Below, piece after piece: positions 1 through 9,574 of a DNA stretch of 64,000 nucleotides. The notes under the pieces are model-generated. The model ran no database searches. It saw only the letters and a program-made list of their open reading frames with translations, and was not told where the DNA came from. This DNA comes from Rhizomicrobium sp. Lineage in GTDB: Bacteria; Pseudomonadota; Alphaproteobacteria; Micropepsales; Micropepsaceae. Location: contig DATJGT010000036.1 in the NCBI GenBank assembly GCA_035494695.1, positions 9,211-73,210 on the forward strand, written 5' to 3'. The position numbers were made by a program, and so were the translations under genes. Within the stretch, counting starts at the first letter, position 1. Each line of letters begins with the position of its first letter.

Positions 1-570
1 GTCTCGACCTATCAATCGGTTTCCGGCGCCGGCAAGGCGCCGATGGATGAACTGTTCCGCCAGACGCGCGCAATCTTCGTCGCCGATCCGATCGAGAAGA
101 CGCTGTTCACGAAACAGATCGCGTTCAATGTGATCCCGCATATTCAAGACTTCAAGGACTCGGGCTTCACCAACGAAGAATTCAAGATGATGGTGGAGAC
201 GCAGAAGATTCTCGATCCCAACATTCAGCTGGTCGCGACCTGTGTGCGCGTGCCGGTTTTCATTGGACATTCGGAGAGTGTGAACATCGAGTTCGAGAAA
301 CCGATCTCGGCGGAGAAGGCACGCAGCATTCTCCGCGAGGCGCCGGGCGTGCTTGTCATCGATAAGCGCGAGGACGGCGGCTACATCACGCCGGTTGAAG
401 CAGCGGGCGAGGACGCGACATATGTCAGCCGCATTCGCAAAGATCCCACAGTCGAACATGGACTTGCGATGTGGGTTGTCTCGGACAATCTGCGCAAGGG
501 CGCCGCGCTCAACGCCGTCCAGATTGCAGAGTGCCTGATCAACCGCAAAATCCTGAAGAAAGCAGCATGA
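1..570 (+). CDS. asd: Aspartate-semialdehyde dehydrogenase (5'-truncated by window edge)
   Basis: Open from base 1 (VSTYQSVSGAG); motifs IAFNVIP, TCVRVPVFIGHSE, DNLRKGAALNAVQIAE. Confidence 0.97.
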   Translation, partial: VSTYQSVSGAGKAPMDELFRQTRAIFVADPIEKTLFTKQIAFNVIPHIQDFKDSGFTNEEFKMMVETQKILDPNIQLVATCVRVPVFIGHSESVNIEFEKPISAEKARSILREAPGVLVIDKREDGGYITPVEAAGEDATYVSRIRKDPTVEHGLAMWVVSDNLRKGAALNAVQIAECLINRKILKKAA

Positions 571-1073
571 CGAACGACGGCTTTGCGGCGCTGGTGCAGC
601 GCCTCGGGTCGGCGGCGACGGCCGGCGATGGCGAGGACTTCGCCGCGTGCTTCACGGAAGATGGCGTTTACAACGACTACGTCTACGGCCCGCACCGCGG
701 CCGCGCTGCCATCGCGGACATGCTGACCGACCTGTTCCATCGCGATGCGGCAGAGTACGACTGGACATTCTTTGATCCTGTAACGGACGGCACAACCGGC
801 TATGCGCGCTCGCTATCCAGGTTTGTCTCCACGATTCCGGAGTTCAAAGGCCGCGAGGTCGTCATCGACGGGATCAGCCGATTCGTGCTGAAGAGCGGGC
901 TGATCGCAGAGTATCATGAGAGCGTGAATGGCGGTCTGGCCATGGCCCAGCTCGGGGTAGCGCCGGAGCGCATTGCAAAGGTGATGGCGAAGTGGGCGAA
1001 GCGCCTGCACGCGAATCCCGAGGTCCAAGACTATGCGGAGGAAGTGCGCGCCCGCTATATTGGCGGCCGCTGA
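567..1073 (+). CDS. NTF2/SnoaL-like family protein
   Basis: ATG 567 overlaps the asd stop (ATGA); FAACFTEDGVY...HRGRAAI pattern typical of the SnoaL-like fold. Confidence 0.8.
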   Translation: MTNDGFAALVQRLGSAATAGDGEDFAACFTEDGVYNDYVYGPHRGRAAIADMLTDLFHRDAAEYDWTFFDPVTDGTTGYARSLSRFVSTIPEFKGREVVIDGISRFVLKSGLIAEYHESVNGGLAMAQLGVAPERIAKVMAKWAKRLHANPEVQDYAEEVRARYIGGR

Positions 1074-1104
1074 GCGCCACACCTGTCCAATCGAGCTCTT
1101 CGCC

Positions 1105-1968
1105 ATGACCGCGACTCGCCCTCGCCGCTCCGTGCTTTATATGCCGGGGTCAAATGCGCGCGCTCTCCAAAAAGCTCGCGAACTTCCGGCAGATGCCCTG
1201 ATCCTCGATCTCGAGGACGCCGTCGCGCCGGACGCGAAGGCACTGGCGCGCAATCAGGTGTGCCGTGCGGTTGCGGAAAGGAGCTTCGGCAAACGCGAAG
1301 TCGTTATCCGCGTCAATGCGCTCTCCACAATATGGGGCGAAACCGACTTGCGCGCAGCAGTATCCGCCGGACCTGACGCTGTCCTGGTACCGAAGGTTTC
1401 CAGCTCGCGCGACCTTGCCGAGATCGAGAGCCGTCTTGGACCTGCGAACATCGCACTCTGGGCCATGATGGAGACGCCGCTGGCGATTCTGAATGCGCGC
1501 GAAATTGCTGCCGCCGGCGGCAGGCTTGCTTGTCTTGTGATGGGCACGAACGACCTCATCAAGGAATTCCGCGGCAGGCATACGCCGGATCGTCAAAACC
1601 TGTCCGCTGCCCTCGGCATCTGTGTCGCGGCCGCGCGTGCCTACGGCCTCTCGATCATAGACGGTGTCTTCAATGATATTCAGGATACGGATGGATTCAG
1701 GGCAAGCTGCCTGCAGGCGCGCGCGTTCGGATTCGACGGCAAGACGCTGATTCATCCCTTACAGCTAGCGTCCTGCAATGAGATTTTCGCGCCATCGGCG
1801 AAAGAAGTCGAAGCTGCGCGAAAAATCATCGCGGCCTTCGAGTCGCCGGAGAACCAGGGCAAAGGCGCAATTGCGCTCGAAGGACGTATGGTCGAACGCC
1901 TTCACGCCGAGATCGCCCGTGGCACCGTCGCGCTCGCCGACGCAATCGCCGCGCTGGAGCGCATATGA
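1105..1968 (+). CDS. mcl2: CitE/HpcH-family CoA ester lyase, malyl-CoA thioesterase (Mcl2)-like
   Basis: RSVLYMPGSN, LDLEDAV, WAMMET, MGTNDL, GFDGKTLIHP; adjacent to mch. Lyase versus thioesterase assignment is by resemblance only. Confidence 0.75.
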   Translation: MTATRPRRSVLYMPGSNARALQKARELPADALILDLEDAVAPDAKALARNQVCRAVAERSFGKREVVIRVNALSTIWGETDLRAAVSAGPDAVLVPKVSSSRDLAEIESRLGPANIALWAMMETPLAILNAREIAAAGGRLACLVMGTNDLIKEFRGRHTPDRQNLSAALGICVAAARAYGLSIIDGVFNDIQDTDGFRASCLQARAFGFDGKTLIHPLQLASCNEIFAPSAKEVEAARKIIAAFESPENQGKGAIALEGRMVERLHAEIARGTVALADAIAALERI

Positions 1969-3023
1969 GCAAAGCGTCTGGCGGGAATTTCTTCGAGGAC
2001 TTTCAGGTGGGTCAGCGCATTCGGCACGCGACCCCGCGCACGCTCACCCAAGGCGATGCCGCATTGTACGTGGCGCTTTGTGGCTCGCGCTTCTGCTTAC
2101 AGTCCAGCGAGGTGCTGGCGCGCACGCTGGGCTACAAGCACGCGCCGCTGGATGAACTGCTCGTGTTCCACACGGTTTTCGGCAAAAGTGTTCCCGACAT
2201 CTCGCTGAACGCCGTCGCCAATCTCGGTTACGCGGAGGGGCGTTTCTTCCGGCCGGTCTATCCGGGAACAACACTCTCTGCCGTCTCCGAAGTCATCGGG
2301 CTCAAGGAGAATTCCAATCATGAGACTGGAATCGTCTATGTTCGCACCGAGGGACGCAACGAGGATGACGAGCTGATTCTCTCTTATGTGCGCTGGGTCA
2401 TGGTGGGCAGGCGGGAGCGCGACGCTGCCGTTCCTCCCCCGTATGTTCCGGAACTCGCCAACGCAGTCGCGCCTGACAATTTGGTTGTGCCGCAGTACGT
2501 TGGCTTCTGCGCGTTTTTCGATCCCGAAGTATCGGGCAGCCCATATCTCTGGGAGGATTATAAGCCCGGCGAGAAAATCGATCACCATGATGGTGTGACG
2601 ATCGAAGAAACCGAGCACATGACGGCAACGCGACTGTACCAGAACACCGCGCGCGTGCATTTCAACCAATTCGAGGAATCGAAAGGTCGCTTCGGACGCA
2701 GGCTCGTGTATGGCGGCCATGTTATGAGCCTTGCCCGCGCGCTGTCGTTCAACGGACTGGCGAATGCGATTGCCATTCTCGCAATCAATGGTGGACGCCA
2801 TGTCAACCCGCTGTTCGCGGGCGATACGGTGTTCGCCTGGTCGCAGGTGCTCGATAAAGCTGAGATTCCGGGCCGTGCCGATTGCGGCGCATTGCGGGTC
2901 AGGCTGGTCGCCGCAAAGAATCTCCCTTGCGCCGCATTTCCCGATAAGGATGCGAATGGACATTATCCGGACAACGTAATTCTAGATTTTGATTACTGGG
3001 CGCTCATGCCCCGCCGCCGCTAA
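1965..3023 (+). CDS. mch: Mesaconyl-CoA hydratase (double MaoC hot-dog)
   Basis: GNFFEDF...HATPRT, DISLNAVANLGYA, YQNTARVHF, SFNGLANA. Confidence 0.9.
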   Translation: MSKASGGNFFEDFQVGQRIRHATPRTLTQGDAALYVALCGSRFCLQSSEVLARTLGYKHAPLDELLVFHTVFGKSVPDISLNAVANLGYAEGRFFRPVYPGTTLSAVSEVIGLKENSNHETGIVYVRTEGRNEDDELILSYVRWVMVGRRERDAAVPPPYVPELANAVAPDNLVVPQYVGFCAFFDPEVSGSPYLWEDYKPGEKIDHHDGVTIEETEHMTATRLYQNTARVHFNQFEESKGRFGRRLVYGGHVMSLARALSFNGLANAIAILAINGGRHVNPLFAGDTVFAWSQVLDKAEIPGRADCGALRVRLVAAKNLPCAAFPDKDANGHYPDNVILDFDYWALMPRRR

Positions 3024-4153
3024 TGCCGAACAGAATTGCCACGCATTATCGCGCTCTCGTCGCGAAAGGAGAGCTTGCGGCTGACGCAGCGCAGGAACGC
3101 GCCGTGCAACGGTTTCAGGCGCTCGCCGCATCGCTGCCGAAATTTCGCTCTGTCCATTTTTTGCTTTCGCCGCGGCGGCCGCCGAAGGGAATCTATCTCT
3201 GGGGCGATGTCGGCCGCGGCAAATCCATGCTGATGGATCTGTTCTTCGAAGGCGCGCCCGCAAAGCCGAAACGGCGCGTGCATTTCAATGCCTTCATGGT
3301 GGAAACGCATGCGCGCATCCACGAAGAACGCCAGCGCGGGACGAGCGATCCCATCGAACCGGCCGCCCAGGCGATCGCCCGCGGAGCGATGCTGCTCTGC
3401 TTCGACGAATTTCAGGTTACTGACGTGGCGGACGCCATGATTCTCGGCCGGCTGTTCGAGCGGCTACTTTCGCTCGGCGTCGTGATTGTCGCCACGTCCA
3501 ACATGCCGCCGGAGCGATTGTACGCAGGCGGTCTCAATCGCCAACTGTTTGTGCCCTTCGTTCAAATGATCGAAGAGCGTCTCGAGATTCTCGAGCTGGA
3601 CGGTCCGGTCGATTATCGCCTTCAGCGCCTCTCGCAGCTCGACACTTATGTGACGCCGCTTGGACCGGATGCTGATGCGAAAATGGACGCCGCGTGGGAG
3701 CGGCTGACGGATCAGAGAAGTGGGCGGCCGCAAACACTCGCGGTGCTCGGGCGCAAGCTGCGCGTGCCGCAGGCGGCCAAGGGTATCGCGCGCTTCTCAT
3801 TTTACGACCTCTGCGAGCAGCCGCTCGCCGCCGCAGATTATCTGGAACTCGCACAGCACTTTCATACTGTACTCATCGATCGCATTCGCGTCCTGCGACC
3901 GGAGCAGCGCAACGAAGTCCGCCGTTTCATCACGCTCATCGATACGTTCTACGACGAAAACGTGAAGCTGATCTGCTCCGCCGCGGCGCTCCCGAACAAG
4001 CTGTACCCCTCCGGTGAAAATGCCGACGCCTTCCGGCGAACTGCGTCCCGCCTTGGCGAGATGCAAAGCGCGAAGTACCTGCGCCGGGGCCACGCCGTCC
4101 ATAATCTGCAGGATGCCGGGATGGCGCGTCCACGTGAAGGACACAAAGCCTGA
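3023..4153 (+). CDS. zapE: AFG1/ZapE family ATPase
   Basis: Walker A GIYLWGDVGRGKS, LCFDEFQVTDVADAMIL, RFITLID, RTASRL. Confidence 0.95.
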   Translation: MPNRIATHYRALVAKGELAADAAQERAVQRFQALAASLPKFRSVHFLLSPRRPPKGIYLWGDVGRGKSMLMDLFFEGAPAKPKRRVHFNAFMVETHARIHEERQRGTSDPIEPAAQAIARGAMLLCFDEFQVTDVADAMILGRLFERLLSLGVVIVATSNMPPERLYAGGLNRQLFVPFVQMIEERLEILELDGPVDYRLQRLSQLDTYVTPLGPDADAKMDAAWERLTDQRSGRPQTLAVLGRKLRVPQAAKGIARFSFYDLCEQPLAAADYLELAQHFHTVLIDRIRVLRPEQRNEVRRFITLIDTFYDENVKLICSAAALPNKLYPSGENADAFRRTASRLGEMQSAKYLRRGHAVHNLQDAGMARPREGHKA

Positions 4154-4214
4154 AGGGCGCGCTGGCCCAAAGCTACGGCCCGCGGTATCCTGCCGGGAAA
4201 GCGGGGAGGTTCCC

Positions 4215-5246
4215 ATGAAACCGAGAACGATTGGGTCAACGGCAAAACTGATCGCCGTTTGCTGCGGTGCAGTGTTGTGCGCAGGGTACCAATCCGCCGC
4301 GGCGGGCAAGGCGCAAATTGTCACCTTTGATCCAGCGGGATCGATCGGAACCTATCCCTGGCAAGCGAACGAGGACGGCAGCATCGTCGGGTTCTGGTAC
4401 GATTCAGCCGAGAACGTCACCAAAGGTTTCATCCGTGCGCCCGACGGAACAATCACTGAATTCGATCACGTGGATTCCAAGGTTACTGCCGCGTACGATA
4501 TAACCAAGGACGGCACCAGCACGGGATATTGGACGGTCGACGCCGGCAATCACCCCGGCTTCGTCCGCACGCCGGATGGCACCATGACGGAATTCCACGC
4601 GCCAGGTGACGACAACGGCACCTTCCCGATCGCGATCACCAATAGGGGCGTGATCACCGGCGCCTACTACGACTTCTATTCGATTCCGCACGGCTTCGTG
4701 CGCAAGGCGAGCGGGAAGATCAAGACCTTCGATGTGACCGGCGACACGTATGGCACGAACCCCATGGGCATCAATTCAAGCAATGTGATCGCCGGCCACT
4801 GGGACGACGAAAGCGGCGTCGTTCATGGGTTTGTCCGCGCGGCCGATGGCACGCTTACGAGTTTCGACGCTCCGAACGCGCCTGGCGGCACATTCGCGCA
4901 AAGCATCAACGCGGGGGGCACCATTGCCGGCTACTACGCCGATTCCAATTTCCTGTTCCATGGCTTTGTGCGTAGCGCAGAGGGAACCATCACGACGTTC
5001 GATGCGCCAGGCGCGATCTCAACGGTGGCGAGCAGCATAAACAAAAAGGGGAAGATCGCGGGCTATTATCTCGACGCCAATTATAGAGCACATGGTTTCG
5101 TCCGGAGTGCAGACAGCAAGATCAAAACCTTTGACGTCGCAGGCGCGACCGGCACCTACCCCAATGCTATCAATAATGATGGGCTCGTCACTGGCTGGTA
5201 CACCACGCCGGACGAGAACTATCACGGATTTCTGCAGAGTAATTGA
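4215..5246 (+). CDS. Secreted repeat protein, probable 7-bladed beta-propeller (HAF-like repeats)
   Basis: GGAGG RBS before ATG 4215; signal peptide; seven ~44-aa repeats of the form TFDxxG..T...IN..G.I.G.Y......HGFVR..DG. Confidence 0.85.
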   Translation: MKPRTIGSTAKLIAVCCGAVLCAGYQSAAAGKAQIVTFDPAGSIGTYPWQANEDGSIVGFWYDSAENVTKGFIRAPDGTITEFDHVDSKVTAAYDITKDGTSTGYWTVDAGNHPGFVRTPDGTMTEFHAPGDDNGTFPIAITNRGVITGAYYDFYSIPHGFVRKASGKIKTFDVTGDTYGTNPMGINSSNVIAGHWDDESGVVHGFVRAADGTLTSFDAPNAPGGTFAQSINAGGTIAGYYADSNFLFHGFVRSAEGTITTFDAPGAISTVASSINKKGKIAGYYLDANYRAHGFVRSADSKIKTFDVAGATGTYPNAINNDGLVTGWYTTPDENYHGFLQSN

Positions 5247-5315
5247 TCCGGAACGCGGCGAAGCTTTCCGTCAGGATACAAGGGGTCGAGCGATGGAACT
5301 TAGCAAGAACATTCC

Positions 5316-5344
5316 TTGACTTTTACCCTTGCCGTGGTTAGGTG
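5316..5344 (+). promoter_or_regulatory. Candidate sigma70 promoter for nrdJ
   Basis: TTGACT-17 bp-TAGGTG upstream of the NrdR-like box. Confidence 0.4.
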
Positions 5345-5370
5345 TCCGCCCCCTGAATGTCAGGCCCGAA

Positions 5371-5386
5371 GGCCTACATCTTGGGG
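5371..5386. promoter_or_regulatory. NrdR box candidate
   Basis: ggcCTAcATcTTGggg matches the NrdR core CwAnATnTwG, 14 bp upstream of the nrdJ ATG. Confidence 0.65.
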
Positions 5387-5400
5387 TGAAAGGGCACGGA

Positions 5401-7752
5401 ATGACCGATCTCTCCCGCCAGATCTGGGACATGAAATACCGGTTGAAGGCGCCGGACGGCACACCCGTGGACCAGACACAGGAGGACACCTGGGCCCGTG
5501 TGGCGCTTGCCGCTGCGCACGCGGAAGCTCCTGATCAGCGCTCGAAATGGGCATTCGAATTCGCGGGCGCGCTTGCCGGCCACCGCTTCATGCCGGCGGG
5601 ACGCATTCTGGCGGGTGCCGGGACTGACCGCAGTGTGACCCTCTTCAACTGCTTTGTCATGGGCACTATCCCGGATTCGATGGATGGAATCTTTTCGCAC
5701 CTGCGCGAAGCGGCACTGACGCTGCAGCAGGGCGGTGGCATCGGCTACGATTTCTCCACCCTGCGCCCGCGCGGCGCGCCGGTGCGGGGCGTGGGTGCGG
5801 ATGCCTCCGGCCCCGTCTCCTTTATGGAGGTCTGGGACGCCATGTGCCGCACCATCATGAGCGCCGGCTCCCGCCGCGGCGCGATGATGGCGACTCTTTC
5901 GTGCGATCACCCGGACATTGAAGCGTTCATCGAGGCAAAGCGCGCGCCGGGCCGGCTTACCATGTTCAATCTTTCGGTGTTGGCGAGCGATACCTTCATG
6001 CAGGCCGTGAAGGACGACGCGGAATGGTCGCTTCAGTTCGAGGGCTGCGTGTTTCGCACCGTACGCGCGCGCGAGCTGTGGGACCGCATCATGCAGTCTA
6101 CTTATGAAACAGCGGAGCCCGGCGTCATTTTCATCGATCGGGTTAACGCGGAAAACAATCTCGCTTATTGCGAGACCATTCGTGCGACCAACCCCTGCGG
6201 CGAGCAGCCGTTACCCCCGTATGGCGCATGTTTGCTGGGCTCGATTAATCTCGCGAAGCTGGTGAAGCATCCGTTCGAAGATGGAGCGGCGCTGGATGAA
6301 GCGGAGCTGGAGAGGCTCACGCGCGTTGCGGTAAGATTTCTCGATGACATTATCGATGTCTCGCGCTTTCCGCTTCCGGAACAGCGCGCGGAAGCGATCG
6401 CGAAGCGGCGCATTGGCCTGGGTGTAACGGGAGTGGCCGACGCGCTCATCTTCTGCCGCACACGCTACGGCTCGGCGGAAAGCCTGCAGCTCATCGAGCG
6501 CTGGCTTTCGATCCTGAGTCATGCGGCCTATGCGGCGTCGGTCGGGATTGCAGAACAGAAGGGCGCCTTTCCGCTGTTCGATCGCAACGAATATCTCGCG
6601 CGGCCGAATATCCGGCGTTTGCCGGAAAAAATCCGCAATGCTATCGCCGAACATGGCATTCGGAATGCGCTTGTCACGTCGATCGCGCCAACCGGAACGA
6701 TTTCGCTGTTCGCGGGCAACGTCTCGAGCGGCGTCGAGCCCGTGTTTGCATACACCTATTCGCGCAAAGTCCTGCGGCCGGACGGCACGCAGAGCGAAGA
6801 ACCAGCCGAGGATTATGCTTTGCGGCCCTTCCTCGCCCGCTTCGGCGAAAACACGCCGCTGCCGGACTATTTCGTCACCGCGCAGACACTTTCGCCGGAG
6901 GATCATCTCGCCGTCCAGGCGACCGCGCAGAAATACATCGATAGCTCGATTTCCAAAACGATCAACGTGCCGGCGGACATTTCGTTCGAGGCGTTCGAGG
7001 ACGTGTATCTCAAAGCCTATGCGATGGGCTGCAAGGGCTGCACGACCTATCGTCCGAGCGCGGTGAGGGGCTCGGTGCTGGAGATCTTGACGGAGGCTAA
7101 ACAGGCGGAAGCAAAGCCAGCTCAGACGGCGCCGCCGATTCCTGCGCCGATCGAAAATCCCGACGAGCCGACGCTCCCCTTACCACTGCCGCATACGTTT
7201 GCGCGGCTGAGGCAAGAAGGCGGTGTTGTGTACATGACGCAGCCGCTGGCGCGGCCCGAAGTGCTGCTCGGCCAGACCTATAAAATCAAATGGGCCGATA
7301 CCGACCACGCCTTCTACATCACGATTAACGACATCCAAGTGGACGGCCGCAGACGGCCGTTCGAGATCTTCATCAACTCGAAGAATATGGAAGCGTACGC
7401 CTGGACCGTCGCGCTGACGCGCATGATCAGCGCCGTCTTCCGGCGCGGTGGCGATGTCTCATTTGTGGTGGATGAGTTGAAAGCGGTGTTCGATCCGCGC
7501 GGCGGGCAGTGGATGAGCGGGCGCTATGTGCCATCGCTCCTCGCGGCCATCGGCGAGGTCATCGAGCGACACCTGATTGCCACCGGATTCATGGCGCCGC
7601 GCGAGGCACTGGTGCCGGAGGAGGTGCGCGCAATGGCCGTGGGTGCGGAGGGCGCGCCAGCCCGGCCCTGCCCGCGCTGCGGCTCCGCCAGCTTCGTCAA
7701 GCTGGAAGCCTGCGACACCTGTATCTCCTGCGGTTACTCCCGCTGCGCGTAA
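5401..7752 (+). CDS. nrdJ: Adenosylcobalamin-dependent class II ribonucleotide reductase with C-terminal TSCPD/Zn-ribbon domain
   Basis: IWDMKYR, TLFNCFV, ATNPCGEQPL, IAPTGTIS, CKGCTTYR, C-terminal CPRC...CISCGYSRC. Confidence 0.95.
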   Translation: MTDLSRQIWDMKYRLKAPDGTPVDQTQEDTWARVALAAAHAEAPDQRSKWAFEFAGALAGHRFMPAGRILAGAGTDRSVTLFNCFVMGTIPDSMDGIFSHLREAALTLQQGGGIGYDFSTLRPRGAPVRGVGADASGPVSFMEVWDAMCRTIMSAGSRRGAMMATLSCDHPDIEAFIEAKRAPGRLTMFNLSVLASDTFMQAVKDDAEWSLQFEGCVFRTVRARELWDRIMQSTYETAEPGVIFIDRVNAENNLAYCETIRATNPCGEQPLPPYGACLLGSINLAKLVKHPFEDGAALDEAELERLTRVAVRFLDDIIDVSRFPLPEQRAEAIAKRRIGLGVTGVADALIFCRTRYGSAESLQLIERWLSILSHAAYAASVGIAEQKGAFPLFDRNEYLARPNIRRLPEKIRNAIAEHGIRNALVTSIAPTGTISLFAGNVSSGVEPVFAYTYSRKVLRPDGTQSEEPAEDYALRPFLARFGENTPLPDYFVTAQTLSPEDHLAVQATAQKYIDSSISKTINVPADISFEAFEDVYLKAYAMGCKGCTTYRPSAVRGSVLEILTEAKQAEAKPAQTAPPIPAPIENPDEPTLPLPLPHTFARLRQEGGVVYMTQPLARPEVLLGQTYKIKWADTDHAFYITINDIQVDGRRRPFEIFINSKNMEAYAWTVALTRMISAVFRRGGDVSFVVDELKAVFDPRGGQWMSGRYVPSLLAAIGEVIERHLIATGFMAPREALVPEEVRAMAVGAEGAPARPCPRCGSASFVKLEACDTCISCGYSRCA

Positions 7753-7777
7753 GATAGGCCGCCAACCGATCCTCCGC

Positions 7778-8656
7778 ATGCGCTATTCCAGCCGATTTTT
7801 TCTCTATGCGCCTTTTGCTGCGCTCCTGATTTTAGCGGCCTTAGCCATGATCCATTGGTGGATCGTGGCGGCTACGCTCTCCAAACGCCTCGACGCCGCG
7901 AACGGACATGAGATCATGCCGGGCGTAGTGCTGCGGTTTTCCGATAGGAAGATCGGAGGCTTTCCGTTTCGGCTCGACACGGTTCTGAAGAATGTCCGCT
8001 TGTCCGTGAACGATGTAGCCGGTCCCGTTTCATGGTCGAGCGAGGACTTCGCTATGCATGCGCTCACCTATGGCCGCGATCAGGCGATTCTCGAGGCGGC
8101 GGGTAAGCAGACGCTCTCCTGGCGCGATGCAATGGGCAAGGAGCACCGCTTCGACTTTCTACCCGGAAGCTTCCGCGCCAGCGCATCTCTGCATGACGGC
8201 AGGTTGGAACGATTCGACTCCGAGATCCGCGATCTCGACGGCGACGATTTCCGGAGCGGAAATGCACAACTGCACTTCCGGTCTCATGGCGGCGGGATCG
8301 ACGTCTATCTCAAGTTTGACGACGCGCACATCGCCAGCGGCTATGCCGCCGCGCTTGGCCCGGCGGTCGAGAGCCTGACGGCCAGCGCCTCGCTCGATCA
8401 TTCGCTGATCCTGACGAAGCTGCTGCAAGGCAAAGATGCGCCTGAGAACGCGCTGGAAGAATGGCGGCAGAACGGCGGAAAGATCACGGTCAGTGACTTG
8501 GCGTTGAAACGGAACGTGCAAGATGCGCGCTTTTCCGGAGCGCTGTCGCTCGATTCTGCGCACGATCTGAGCGGCACGCTTTCGGGCAATTCGGCAGGCT
8601 CATCGCTCCGGTTCACCGGCAACCGGATCGGGATATCAGGGTCTCCGCGCCCGTGA
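7778..8656 (+). CDS. DUF2125-like membrane-anchored protein
   Basis: N-terminal TM (LYAPFAALLILAAL...WW), GGFPFRL motif, WRQNGG; usual position next to tyrC. Confidence 0.7.
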   Translation: MRYSSRFFLYAPFAALLILAALAMIHWWIVAATLSKRLDAANGHEIMPGVVLRFSDRKIGGFPFRLDTVLKNVRLSVNDVAGPVSWSSEDFAMHALTYGRDQAILEAAGKQTLSWRDAMGKEHRFDFLPGSFRASASLHDGRLERFDSEIRDLDGDDFRSGNAQLHFRSHGGGIDVYLKFDDAHIASGYAAALGPAVESLTASASLDHSLILTKLLQGKDAPENALEEWRQNGGKITVSDLALKRNVQDARFSGALSLDSAHDLSGTLSGNSAGSSLRFTGNRIGISGSPRP

Positions 8657-9571
8657 GCGGCCGAAATTCGGCGCCGGCGTATCCTGGCCCGCTTCCACAA
8701 CGCCGCGGCGAATGGCGCGCGTGCGGGTGAAGAGATTGAACAGCGTATCGCCGTCGCCCCAGCGAATGGCGCGCTGAAGTGCCGTCAAATCTTCGTTGAA
8801 GCGCCCCAGCATTTCCAGCACCGCTTCGCGATTATTGAGGAACACATCGCGCCACATCGTGGGATCGGACGCGGCAATTCGGGTGAAATCACGAAAACCG
8901 CCAGCCGAATATTTGATCACCTCGCCCTGCGTGACGGTTTCCAAATCGGCGGCGGTGCCCACGATATTGTAGGCAATGAGATGCGGCACGTGGCTGGTGA
9001 TGGCGAGCACGAGATCGTGGTGCTTGGCGTCCATGACCTCCACCTCGCTGCCGCACCGATGCCAGAACGTCTTCACCTTTTCCACGGCCTGAGGATCCGT
9101 TTCCGGCGGTGGCGTGAGCACGCACCAGCGACCCTCAAACAGCTCCGCAAATCCAGCTTCCGGGCCGGATTGTTCGGTCCCGGCAATGGGATGCGCCGGC
9201 ACGAAGTGGACGCCCTTCGGGATGTGCGGGCCGACGTCTCGGACCACCGCCGTCTTGACCGAACCGACGTCGCTCACGATCGCGCCCGGCTTGAGTTCCG
9301 AAGCAATTTCCCGGGCAAGCGGTCCAAAGGCACCCACCGGTGTTGCCAGCACGACGAAATCCGCGTCGCGCACCGCAGGGATTGGCGTGTCATGCAGCGA
9401 GTCCGCAAAACCAATAGTGTTTGCTATCTCGAGCGTCTCCGGATGCCTCGCATGGCCGGCAACGTGCGCGGCAAGGCCCGCCCGCCGGATGGCATGCGCC
9501 ATCGAAGCGCCGATAAGGCCGATGCCGAGCAAGGCGACTTTTCCGAACAGCGGTTTGGAGTCGATCGTCAT
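8636..9571 (-). CDS. tyrC: Prephenate/arogenate (cyclohexadienyl) dehydrogenase
   Basis: GIGLIG, DVGSVK, HPIAGTE, SHVPH, GFRDFTRIAASDP. Confidence 0.95.
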   Translation of the reverse strand: MTIDSKPLFGKVALLGIGLIGASMAHAIRRAGLAAHVAGHARHPETLEIANTIGFADSLHDTPIPAVRDADFVVLATPVGAFGPLAREIASELKPGAIVSDVGSVKTAVVRDVGPHIPKGVHFVPAHPIAGTEQSGPEAGFAELFEGRWCVLTPPPETDPQAVEKVKTFWHRCGSEVEVMDAKHHDLVLAITSHVPHLIAYNIVGTAADLETVTQGEVIKYSAGGFRDFTRIAASDPTMWRDVFLNNREAVLEMLGRFNEDLTALQRAIRWGDGDTLFNLFTRTRAIRRGVVEAGQDTPAPNFGRSRARRP

Positions 9572-9574
9572 GCC

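Noticed and set aside
5247-5400. Cobalamin riboswitch upstream of nrdJ, or intein/intron within nrdJ
   Set aside because: Leader is short with no B12-box motifs; the NrdJ frame is continuous with no intein-like insertion
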